Positions 52,930 to 64,000 of a stretch of 64,000 nucleotides of DNA are shown here, in pieces. How positions within the stretch are numbered: the first letter of the stretch is position 1; each line of letters opens with the position of its first letter. The translations under genes were made by a program, and so were the position numbers. This stretch comes from Octopus sinensis. Its lineage: Eukaryota. The DNA is taken from assembly GCF_006345805.1 (NCBI RefSeq), contig NC_043008.1, positions 49,476,001 to 49,540,000 of the forward strand. Reading direction: 5' to 3'. Below the pieces are notes generated by a model, which was given only the letters and a program-made list of their open reading frames with translations, was not told where the DNA came from and searched no databases.

Positions 52930-55287
52930 TCATAAAGGAGAAGGAGAAGAAGCTGTCGCTGCTGTATCACTGGCCAGTTTGCTTGTCTGACAGTGAGGTT
53001 TTTTTGGAGGGAGGTTTTCAGGTTTTGGAGGTTTGGGAATAGGCTCTCCAAAGGAATCTTGAAAATAGCGTTTCTCTAATGCAGGTAAAGGAGCTGACGG
53101 GTTGTTCTGTTTGGCTTTTGCCATGTTATAGTCCCCAGAATCAAAGTACTGAAACTGAAAAAGAAAACAAAAAGAGGCATTAAATATAGCTTTAAATCAC
53201 ATTTTTAAATGGACACATGAAGATATTTTATGACATTACACAGCTCTTGTTCCAAGGAATACCACTCCAATATTTCCTAACAAAGTGAGCATCTGTTCTT
53301 TACAATACTACATTGTACTGACTGGGGTGTTCCCATAGTCTCAGGTTCAGTCCCACCACAGAGCACCTTGGGTGCCTTCTGCTAAAGTCTCAATATGACC
53401 AATGCCATGTGAAGGACTGAAAATGCAAGAAGACCATTGCATATTTGGTCTCTCGTTTTTATGTACATTTTTCCATGCTAGTATGGGTTAGATGAATGAC
53501 TATATTATTGAGGCATTGTCTGACAACCAAACAGCCTTCCTGGTGCTGACTCACTCACTCCAAATGCCTTTGAATTAACTGACAGGAAAAGTAACAATAC
53601 TGCTTGTAACTTGTGACTTTTACAGAGCATACAATGAAAATGAACACACACACTTTATATCATCATCATCATCATCGTTTAACGTCCGCTTTCCATGCTA
53701 GCATGGGTTGGACGATGTGACTGAGGGCTGGCGAACCAGATGGCTGCACCAGGCTTCAATCTTGATCTGGCAGATTTTCTACAGCTGGATGCCCTTCCTA
53801 ACGCCAACCACTCCAAGAGTGTAGTGGGTGCTTTAATGTGCCAGTCATGTGGTACTGGCAACAACTTCACTCGAATCTTTTACACATGCCACTGGCACAG
53901 GTGCCAGTAAGGTGATGCTGGTAACGATCACACTCAAATGGTGTCTTTTACGTGCCACCGGCACAGAGGCCAGATGGCCGCCCTGGCAACGATCACGATC
54001 GGATGGTGCTCTTAATACCCTACTACATATATATACACGGGTTGGACAAAATAACTGAAACACTTAGCATCATAATTTTGAAATATCTATAAAACCATCA
54101 AAAGCTTGTCTATTTTTATGATTTTTTGATTTATTATTAGTGTTGCTTAATATGTTTTGCTAAAATTGCTGTTTCTTTTCAGATATCATCAGAAAAATTC
54201 ATTAAAATGATAGATCTAGCAGACTTTCAAAGAAGTCAAATTGTATGGCAGGCACTAGTGTAACGAAAACAGCCAAAATGTTTAGTGTATAAAGAAGTAC
54301 TGTCTCGAAAGTAATGACAGCCTTTGAGAAAGAGGGAAAAACCTTGTCGAAACAAAACTCCAGAAGAAAACCAAAATTTTCAAATAGAGACCGTCGGACT
54401 CTTAGGCGAATTGTCAGAAAGGATTACAAGAGTACAGCTCCCAAAATTACTGCAGAGATTAATGGCCACCTTGAGAATCCAGTTTCCACAAAAACCATTT
54501 GCCGGGAGCTGCACAAAGCCAGATTTCATGGGAGGGCTGCAATCAGAAAACCACTAGTTTCAAAAACAAAGGTTGCAAAGCATTTAGAATGGAGTAAAAA
54601 CCTACAGAATTGATCCCTAGAGCAGTGGAAGAATGTTATTTTCTCGGACGAATCATCCTTTGCCTTATTTCCGACCACCAGCCCAAAGAAGCATTTGACC
54701 CACACTGCCTTCTTCCAACTGTTAAACATGGAAGATCTGGGATGATCTGGCAGGTGGTTTATATCTTGGAAAGTTCTGCCAGCCCAGTGGTTTCCCCTTC
54801 ATGGCAGAAATAATAGTCAAGACTATTTAAGCATTTTATCTGATCAGATTCATTCTATGATTGTGGAACTGTTTCCAGAGGGAAATGCAATCTTTCAGGA
54901 TGATACTGCACCAATTCACACAGCTAAAGTTGTTACTGAATGGCACGAGGAACATTCTAGTGAAGTTGAACATCTTATCTAGCCACTATAGTCTCCAGAT
55001 CTCAATATTATTGAACATTTATGGTGCATTTTAGAAAAACAAATAAGGAGTCAATATCCTCCACCATCATCACTACAAGATCTGGAGACTGTTTTATCTG
55101 AAGAATAAACAAAAATTCCTTTGCAAACAATTCAAACTTTGTACAAGTTCATACCTTGTAGAATCCAAGCTGCAATTACTGCCAAAGGCAGCCCTACCCC
55201 ATATTAAAAGAAATTTGTTTAAAATTTTAAGGTGTTTCCATTATTTTGTCCAACCTCTGTATGTATGTGTATAGATATATAAACACA

Positions 55288-55338
<51 letters not shown>

Positions 55339-57188
55339 ATGTGTCACCAACTGTTGAAACATGAAATACGTAAACAAACAAGCTAAATATGTACACAATG
55401 ACAAAAAAAAAAAAAAAGGAAAACAGGCCAAGTAAACACAGAGAAATGACTTTTCATCAGTTGTCGGCTGTCTATCTACTCCTCATTTCGAGCACTCAAC
55501 GACAATGCTTGAAATGAGGAGATAGACAGCTGACAACCAATGAAGGGTCGTTTCTCTGCTTACTTGTCCTGTTTTCCATTTTTTCTCTCTCTCGTTTACG
55601 TATTTCATGTTTGCTCAGTTGGTGACGTCCTCTACCCATATATGCACGCAAACACACACACATTATTATTTAATTGAACACCATGCATCCATGTCCAATG
55701 ATATATAAAATGTAGAGAGAGAGAGTTGCAGGTATGGATGTGTGGTTAAGGAGCTTACTTTGCAACTGTGAGGTTTTGGGCCCATGAAAAAAGGGCATCC
55801 AGCCATAGAAATCCTGCAAAAACAGAGAAACTGCCCACTGGATCATGTCAAAATGTTCAGCCCTTGCCAGCACAGAAAGTGGACATAAAATGATATTTCT
55901 CTAAACTTTGCTGAGGCCAACATTGGTAAAAACCGACCTCAGAAGTTCCTATTTAAATTTATTAGAATAGAGTATTTGTGACTGAATGGAGGGAGTTAGT
56001 ACCAACAGCCACCTATGAAAAAATATATGTAGGTGTGGAGGTCTATAAAGGATTTTAAACTCGGAATGAACAGAGTCCAAACAGATGCCGCAAGACATCC
56101 TAATCACTGTTCTAACAACTTGACCAATTCACTATCCTGGACTGATAATTCATTGATCCCCTCCACTCATCTCAAGGATAACAAGTCGGTCTTGGCAGGA
56201 TCTGAACTCAAAACACAAAGAACAAGGCATTTGATCCAATGCTCCACACACAAACAGTGGTGTTTTCAGTCTCCAGTGAAAACATATCCAGACAAGGGAA
56301 GAATATTACATTACTTGGCAACAGAGAGACATTGAAAAAAGTCTGCCGCAATGTATCATCTAACCCGTGCAAGCATGGGAAAGCAAGATTTGAAACAACG
56401 ATGATTATAAATGATAAACAGTAAAAAGTAAAAAACTGACCAAGCGAAATCGATCGATGTCCAGTATTTTAAAACCGGGTTTGTACCCGTTAGCGGGGGT
56501 GGCTGGATCTCCCTCACTCCTACAGCAACTGCTCTCACACCCAGTTTTGGACATCCCCCCCTCCTGAAGCTAACCCTTCCAATCTCCACATTTTCTTCAG
56601 TTGACCTCACTTTCGTGGTTCATTCACTCTAAACTCAAGCACTCGTCTCAAGACATGATCCTCGTCCATACCACCGTACTCCATTCGCCCTTGCCAGCTG
56701 TTCCACCGATTCCTCCAACCCTGGCATCTCCATCAAGTACTCCTTTATCCAGTAGTTTCACACCACACATTGCTCCCTTGGTCCTTCTCAAAATTGCCAT
56801 TTCGCTTTCCCTCAGACACCATGTCTCACCCCCACAGAGCATTGCAGATCTCACGCAACTCTGATAAACCTTTCCTTTCATCTTCAAGGAGAGCAAATAC
56901 ATAAATGGAACCACATGAAATCAGTCAGTTCACTACCTCACGTCAAATAATAAATGGGTTTTATGAAAGCAATTCTTTATTCATCAAAGGAATCATTTCT
57001 AAATATCAGTATTGTATGCGTGTGTATTGCACGAGAGAAATATGGGCGTGATAAGAACAACAACAACAGATACTTACACCTCTCTGTAAACGCTTCTGCA
57101 ACAAGGCTGAGCCACCTCCTTTTATTTGCAAATTTGGATATTTGGCCTTTAGCTTGGCTTCTTCTTGATGTTCTATGACATTTTTACC
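52930..57188 (-). CDS. ENSA: Alpha-endosulfine/ARPP19 family PP2A-B55 inhibitor, last two coding exons (57188-57078 and 53154-52930). The first exon was not found. Proximal polyA signal at 52425-52430.
   Basis: The translation ...EHQEEAKLKAKYPNLQIKGGGSALLQKRLQRG|FQYFDSGDYNMAKAK...GEPIPKP...LPPKKP...SKLAS... contains the Greatwall/MASTL site FDSGDY. Splice sites are canonical GT-AG, phase 0. Confidence 0.93.
54034..55261 (+). mobile_element. Near full-length but dead Tc1-family DNA transposon (1224 bp, TA TSD, ~28 bp TIRs, DD36E spacing)
   Basis: TIRs CACGGGTTGGACAAAATAACTGAAACAC / CAGAGGTTGGACAAAATAATGGAAACAC. The transposase remnant has an HTH, IFSDES, FQDDTAPIH...SPDLNIIE, with several stops and deletions. 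Confidence 0.92.
55290..55337. repeat. (GT)n microsatellite
   Basis: Directly visible. Confidence 0.95.
56400..56920 (-). mobile_element. RTE-like LINE 3' fragment in the ENSA intron
   Basis: LSLKMKGKVYQSCVRSAMLCGGETWCLRESEMAILRRT..AMCGVKLLDK. Confidence 0.7.
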
Positions 57189-59149
57189 CTACAAAATATA
57201 AATATAAAATAAAAATAAAATACAACTGCAACTGTTTAATTGTAGGAACAATCAGTTTTGGATTTTTTAAATATTTTGTAACTCACTCCCATTCTCTCTC
57301 TCTCCTAAAGGTGAGTAACTATGTATCTTCTGCTCCTGCCTCCTTCCATAAATGCATCACTTCCACCCACAAGCTGCATGGTGGTCTCACTAGTACCAAT
57401 GACACAAAGACAGCACCCAGTACTTACTGTGAAGAGGCTGGCATGTAGAAGAGCATCCAGCCATAGAAACCATGCCAAAATGGACATTGGAGCATGATCT
57501 GATCCTTGGACACACGTCAAACCTATGCCAGAATGAAACATCAATGTTAAATGATGATGATGACAAATTCTTTCAGCTTAAAAGTGGGAGTAAAAAGTGA
57601 CACGTAAATGCAATAGTAAATTCTTTCTAATTTTGGCATAAGGCCGGCAATTTTGAGTTGGGAGCTAAGTTGATTACACTGACCCTAGTACTTGACTGGT
57701 ATTTTATCAAACCTGAAAGGAAAAGGTGACCTCAGGGGTTGAACTCAGAATGTAACAAGAAGAAATGCTGCCAAGCATTCCAACTGACAAACTAATGATC
57801 CTGCTGGCTTGCCACCTTAAACACAAGAGTAAATAAAACAGTCCGTTTCTTGAAGAAATTACTATTTAAGTGATTTACATTATTTCAACAGTTATCTTGG
57901 ATGTCTGCAAAAGTTAGCAAACTAGGAAAGTTTTAGAAATAAAAAACAAACTCAACAATTATAACAAAATCTTCCTACACTAACATAATAAACAGCCTGT
58001 CTGTTTGTTGGTCACAGCCCAGAGAATCACCAATATTTGGTGCTAATTAAAAAACAAGGTCATGAGTTAGGTTCCAGTACCATAAATTAAGAATTGAAAA
58101 GAAACAAAAAAAAGTCTGCAATTTCACCCATGGCCAGCAGTGGACCATTTCAACAGTCATGCTAACAGAGAGAAGGTATAGCCATGACATGCTGAAAGGA
58201 ATGTGTGGCTACTATATTAGCCATACTTTGTACTTGCAATGAATTCTATAAAAATGTGAGTAACTGATTCTGGATCCAAGAGAATATTGTGCATGCCCAA
58301 GCACCAAATTTGTCACGAATGGCTCCAGTCTTTGGACAGCAGTCATTCTGGCTACAGTCTTCAAGGGTTTTTGGTCAACTAGTTTTTAGTCTGGTACAAC
58401 AGCTAAATCAACCTATTACCATTAAGAGTCATAGTTTACACATGGACTATTCCGCAACACACTAATTTCACCTACTGTACTCACAAATTTCTGCATATAA
58501 ATTATTTCAAACTGAACTTTAATAAAATTAAAAAGACCAAGTGCCATTCCAAATGGCAAAAGCTGATTGGCACTGAATGATTTTTGAACTGAGATGGTTT
58601 CAGTAACGTAAAGCCTCACTGAGATCAAAATGTCAAGACATAAACAGAATAAACCAAACCACATTGCCATCAAGCATTCATTAAATACTCCCTGCACACG
58701 TGTGCGTGCATGTCTTACATCCAGTTTCCACATTAGCAGGGGTGGAATCACTTTTCTCAGATGGCTATCATTCATTCTGCAAACTGACGGAACCGAGTCA
58801 AGTGGGATGGTACAGTGGTTGAAGTTATGGCCATTAACTCATTAAGTCTATCTGTTCAGCTATTTTCAGGTCTTTAGCTCAATATACATTGTGGAAAAGG
58901 AATAGGATTATTAATTACTGGATTTAAATAGATGCAGACATGGCTGTGTGGTCAATAAATTAGTTACTCAACCACAGAGTTTTATGCTCACTCCCACCTG
59001 CACAGGTATGCTGCTGTAAAAACCATGCCAAACCACACAGTGAATCTTGGCTCAGTCCTCTGGCTCACCAGCTCCTGTTGAACTGTCCGACCCATGCCAG
59101 CAATGGAAGACTGACATTAAATCATGATTATGTTTTAACTACCATGATA

Positions 59150-60150
59150 AGCATGAAGACTGGAAACATTTTAAATATATCAGCCCCAAACTTATCAACA
59201 TCTGGTCAAGTTTGCTTGGACATTTTTAACCCAGAGGCTATCTGCATTTGTTGAGGGAGGCCTTAAAGTAGGCATCCAGTGTCTCTAGTGAGTTATCTAC
59301 ACACATTGTGTTTGGATAATCTGCTCAAATACAGCCGTGCTTTGGCACTCATAGCCAAAGGTCACTTGCTAGCTCTTGTTTAGCTCACCAGCAATGTCCT
59401 GTAAAGCACAAGTGCCTTTCCCTTATTTTGGTGGAAACAGGAAAGAGATATCCATACAGTTTGTTTCTTAGTGGAATGGTTTCTCCAAGATATCTTTCAG
59501 ACTGCTCTTAATATTCAGGTTTAAGTTCCATCTAGTCTGGACTCCAGTTCGTTGCTCCATATATAAGGACTGACTCTTCTGCTGCATGGAAAAAATTCTT
59601 TTTAAGGTGGTTTGAGAGGGTTGATTTCCAGACAATGTCCAGTTTGTTTGGGGTTGATCATGCTTTGGCTGCCTGAGTTTTTATATCAATTTCAGTCAAG
59701 GTATCTCAGAATCAAGGTACGTGAAATCATCATCTTGATTGATGGGGTCTCTGCTAATATTGGTGAGGGGTCCTTGATAATTGTTAGCAATGAACTTGGT
59801 TTTACTAGGATTAACAAGTAGTTCAACACAATTTGCAGCTAATTCTATAATTGGGAGAAATTTGACATTGTAAGAGAGAGCAAAGCTAAAACCATTGGCT
59901 TTGAGCTTGTTGTCTGATCGATCCATCTTTCACAAGCGTGAGACTGTTTAGATTGTCAAGCAATGTTCTGAGGACGTAATCCAAAGTGATCACAAAGGCA
60001 AAAAGTGCAAATGTGCCCTGCTGGAATATTCTGGTTGTGATGGCTAAGGAATTTGTATCTCCATCTGTGGATCTTACCAGTGATCTGGTGATACAGACCA
60101 TCATAATTGTGCTATTGTTTCCTCAGGGACCCCCAAAGGCCAGTAGCATT
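59150..60150 (-). mobile_element. Degenerate RTE-X-like LINE RT/C-terminal fragment
   Basis: VRSTDGDT...QQGTFALFAFVITLDYVLRT...LLVNPSKTKFI...DDFTYLDSEI...ELASDLWL.VPKHG. Confidence 0.65.
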
Positions 60151-62269
60151 CTTACTATTTAACCACGGTGGATAGGGTCAGAAGCTTTTGAGCTTAAATT
60201 ACTACACCACTTAATTCTTGAAGACAAAAGCAATTATTTGTTACCATATTTCTTTTGGAATACATTGCCTTTATTCTAAGTAATTTAAAAAGAAAAAAAA
60301 GAATTTAATCAACTTATTATTAAGCTGGAGTTTGAAACAAATTGAATATATTTTGATGGAAAGCTTTAATTTTAAAAAAGAAGTTTGTATCACAGAACCA
60401 GGGGCAGGTAGGTTGGCATCAAAAGAGTTAAGAGATAGAATTTAAAAAGAGGATAAAACATCATCATCGCTTAATGTCTGCTTTCCATGCTGGCATGGGT
60501 TGGATGGTTTGACTGGGGGTTGGTGAGCCAGAAGGCTGCACCAGGCTCCAATCTGATCTGGCAAAGTTTCTACAGTTGGATGCCCTTCCTTACGCCATCC
60601 ACTGTGTGCTTTTTATGTGCCACTGGCATGAAGGCCAGTCAGGCAGTACCAGCATCAGCCAAGCTTGAATGGTGCTTTTTACCTGCCACCAACATGGGAA
60701 CCAGTCAGGCGGCACTGGCAACAACTGCACTCAAATGGTGCTTTTAACATTGTCACTGTCATGGAAAAATTATGTTTAAGAGAACAGGCCTGTTTTGAAG
60801 CAGTAAAACCCCATGGTGCCAAGAGTTGCTATATCAGCAGATATAACAGATTAAACAAATAATCTTAAAAAAAAAAAAAGCTGTAACAATAGAACAATAA
60901 TCTCCACTAATGACATACAGCTTGTGTCTGGCTGACACTGTTACAATAGAAATATCTAGTAACCCTGTAAGTTATAATTATGTGAACAAAGAAATTATTT
61001 TGCTCATAAAACCAGTTTTCATTGTCTACAAATTGACATAGTTAGAGTCAGTCAAAGTTTGTAATTCAAAGAAAACTTTAAAATTCCTGATAAATGTTCA
61101 AAATGAGATATTCATTAGCTTTTTTGGGTTTTTGTTTTAAAGTAGTTCCACAAAGGCAGGGTCTATGTAGTCATTCTAACAGCTAGAAGAAGCAACCAAA
61201 TCTCCTTTAAATCACACACTATCGTCTTTAATAGGGATCAGCCAGGTTCTCTGTTGGTTACGATTGTTTCAGTTGATTCAATCAATGGAACTGCCTGCTT
61301 GTGAAATTAACGTGCAAGTGGCTGAGCACTCCACAGACATGCTTACTCTCAACATAGTTTCCAGGGACATTCAGTGTGTGACACACATTGTAACAAGGCC
61401 ATTCCTTGCTGTTCCTCTTGTTATAAAAGTACAATGCAATTTTGCCAGCTAAGTGGACTAGAGTAACGTGGAATAACATCTTTTGTTCAAGGACACCATA
61501 AGAGGTCAGGAATCGAACCAATGACCATACAATCATGATCAGAACAGCCTAACCACTAAGCCACACACTTTAACAAGGGACAACAGTGCGGGGGGGGGGG
61601 GTGACAGTTGGAGTATCATTTGACCGTAGGTCATTTCAATTATGACCAACCTAGGGCTAAACCTCATTATCACATTACATAAAAAAAACAATACATTTTC
61701 ATCAAAGCCATCCATAGAAACCTATTGCCAGCCATGGCCATTCAACTAAAAACACTACAGCATTTATGTTTTGTGTTATCACACCCACTGCTAGTACTAT
61801 GCTCCTATTCTACATACCTAATATAATCCTTTTCCTGGACCCTTTGAAGCTCCTGTTGCTAATTGGAGTTTCTGTTTTAGCTGTTTTCGTTTAAATTCTA
61901 TTTCCCCAAATGTTCAACTTTTGCAAATCTTGGACAGTTTTCTACAGCAAAAATGAAATAATGCAAACATTGGTCTACAGTCCAGAACAAGGTAGAAGCA
62001 TATGATGAGAGAGTCAGGTTGAAATAGGAGGTGAATATCAACCTCACAATGAAGACACAATCTCCAAACTGCAGTTTTCACCATGCTGGGTCTCTTGGTG
62101 ATATTGTAGATTCATAAAGTGTGCTGCAAATACGTCCATTATGTTGTCAATAGCAAGACAATCCACGTGATAGATTCACATTAAATATCAGCTAGACTTG
62201 CTGTCATGACAAGCCAATGTGGAAGAATGGCATCAAGAAGCTAGGAAACACTTTGGATAAATCCATAGA

Positions 62270-62305
<36 letters not shown>

Positions 62306-63194
62306 CTTTAACGTGCCAGTTACGTGGTACTGGCAACGACTTTGCTCAAATCTTTTACAGGTGCCAGTAAGGCAATGCTGGTAACGATCACGCTCGAATG
62401 GTGTCTTTTACGTGCCACCGGCACGGAGGCCTGATAGCCACTCTGGCAACGATCACGCTCGGATGGTGCTCTTAATACCCTACTAAGAGCACCATTTTCA
62501 AAATAAACTGCAACAAATGCAGTGCATTTCAAGAGAAATGTCATAATGAAAGAGTTAATGTGAAATGAGGGGCAGCAGGAGACGATATATCACAGGGGAG
62601 ATAGGATTTTTAACAAGATTTTACCAAACAGTAAATCTATAACTTAGCTACAGTAAGAAGCTGGGGTTAGATTATAAAGTAAACAAATAGTGCTTTCCAG
62701 CAAGCAACTTATAGGTCATTGGGAAGAACAATTCAATCAAGGGTGAGAATTTGTATAAATAATAATGTATTTTATCACAACAGTTGAACTTTTGGTTTAT
62801 AGCCTACAGAATCTAGAATAATTTAAATGAGCCAAAAAGTAGAAACAGCAAAAGAAAAATGGACTTATTCCACATCATACATAGGCTAGACTTACTCTCA
62901 CTAATCAGACCCCAGTAACTTATCGATATTAATGTTTTTATTAGTTTTCACACAACTGAGACTTCACACCTACTTTTCGGATTGTTATAGAATGTGAATG
63001 CCAAGCTCCTCCTTTACAAGTCTTCTACAATCCTAAATTTTGTTGCATTGTCTATTCCTCTACACCATTCCATCAACCTCACTCTATTGATATTCCCCTC
63101 AAATCAAACCTTCAAGATCCATCAACACAAACAGTCACTGCTTTATGACAAGACTGTACAGCCACTATGTAGACCAATGAATAAAGCTTGATGT

Positions 63195-63560
63195 ATGGAC
63201 AAACAAAATCTTGATGGTTACCATGACAATGCACCTATTCACACATCATTCCTTTTAGCAACACTTAAGGTCGCTCTCATCCTTCAACCACCTGACTATC
63301 AAAATTTGATCCCTGCAAGGGGCTTTTTTTTTGTGCGTGTTTCCAAAGTTGAAGTCTACCCTGAAATGTCACTGATTTCAGACATTAGAAGACATTGAAG
63401 AAAACCCACCACATGAACTGTGCTCAACCCCTGAAAACAGGTTTCAAAACAGGAAAAAATACTGAGAATGGTCTATCAACAATAGAGGGAGCTGTTTCAG
63501 TTGAGGCAAGTCTAATTAAATTCTAAGGGAAGAAAGAAATTTTTGCTTGTGAAAAGCTTT
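63195..63560 (+). mobile_element. Mariner transposase C-terminal fragment
   Basis: HDNAPIHTS...LQPPDY...LIPA...FPKLKSTLK...FQTLEDIEEN, resembling HDNAPAH...PYSPDLAPCDFFLFPKLK. Confidence 0.65.
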
Positions 63561-64000
63561 GCTTAAAACACACCTTGTACATGAATTTTATCTTACTCCA
63601 TAAGTGTTTAAACCCAACAGTGCCAAGCCAAAATATAAACCAAAACATTCATTCTAAGGAATAACTTCCAATAAATAATAACTAAATAAATTTTAAGAGT
63701 TTTTACAATCAAGGAAAAAAGTTTCCATGTCATTATGAATGCACAAGCCAATATTTTGTCATCTTAAGCATTTAGCTATTAACACACAGACACAAAATAC
63801 AAGAGAAACCATTACAGTCTGGCAATGAACCAACTTTGTCAGAATGGAATAATTCTAAGAAAACAAAACGATGCCAAAAGTTGTATTTATACTACAAGTC
63901 ACAGTGTATGTTAACATGTAATGCCACCAACCCACATATCAAAATGTTCACATTTAAAGTAAAATCTGATATGAATATTTCAGAAGGGAAATTTCCATCA

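Overview
AT-rich, intron-rich eukaryotic DNA. Its SINE, RTE-LINE and microsatellite content suggests a coleoid cephalopod, probably Octopus (inference). I reconstructed four spliced genes by reading splice sites and translating by hand; most entries in the ORF track are repeat noise. (1) The 3' part of a RIN2/Sprint-like Rab5 GEF (VPS9 + RA domains, + strand, 590-10357), with an apparent 1-nt frameshift in one exon. (2) A complete alpha-methylacyl-CoA racemase (AMACR, - strand, 13204-25398, 382 aa, ending in the PTS1 signal SKL). Its non-coding first exon probably lies head-to-head with RPS17. (3) A complete RPS17 (+, 41088-45199, 136 aa, TCT/TOP start). (4) The last two exons of an endosulfine/ARPP19 gene (-, 52930-57188). 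The rest is tRNA-derived SINEs, RTE/CR1/RTE-X LINE fragments, piggyBac, Tc1 and mariner relics and MITEs. The most unusual features are: two covarying type I hammerhead-ribozyme-like motifs with palindromic helix III, each sense-oriented in a host intron (4057-4101, 20616-20662); a tRNA-headed SINE with a hammerhead-like tail (21340-22345); and a ~11.7 kb, seven-unit mosaic tandem array (29085-40803) in the inferred AMACR leader intron. The array is built from a piggyBac 5' end plus fold-back RTE fragments and carries repeated splice and polyA signals.
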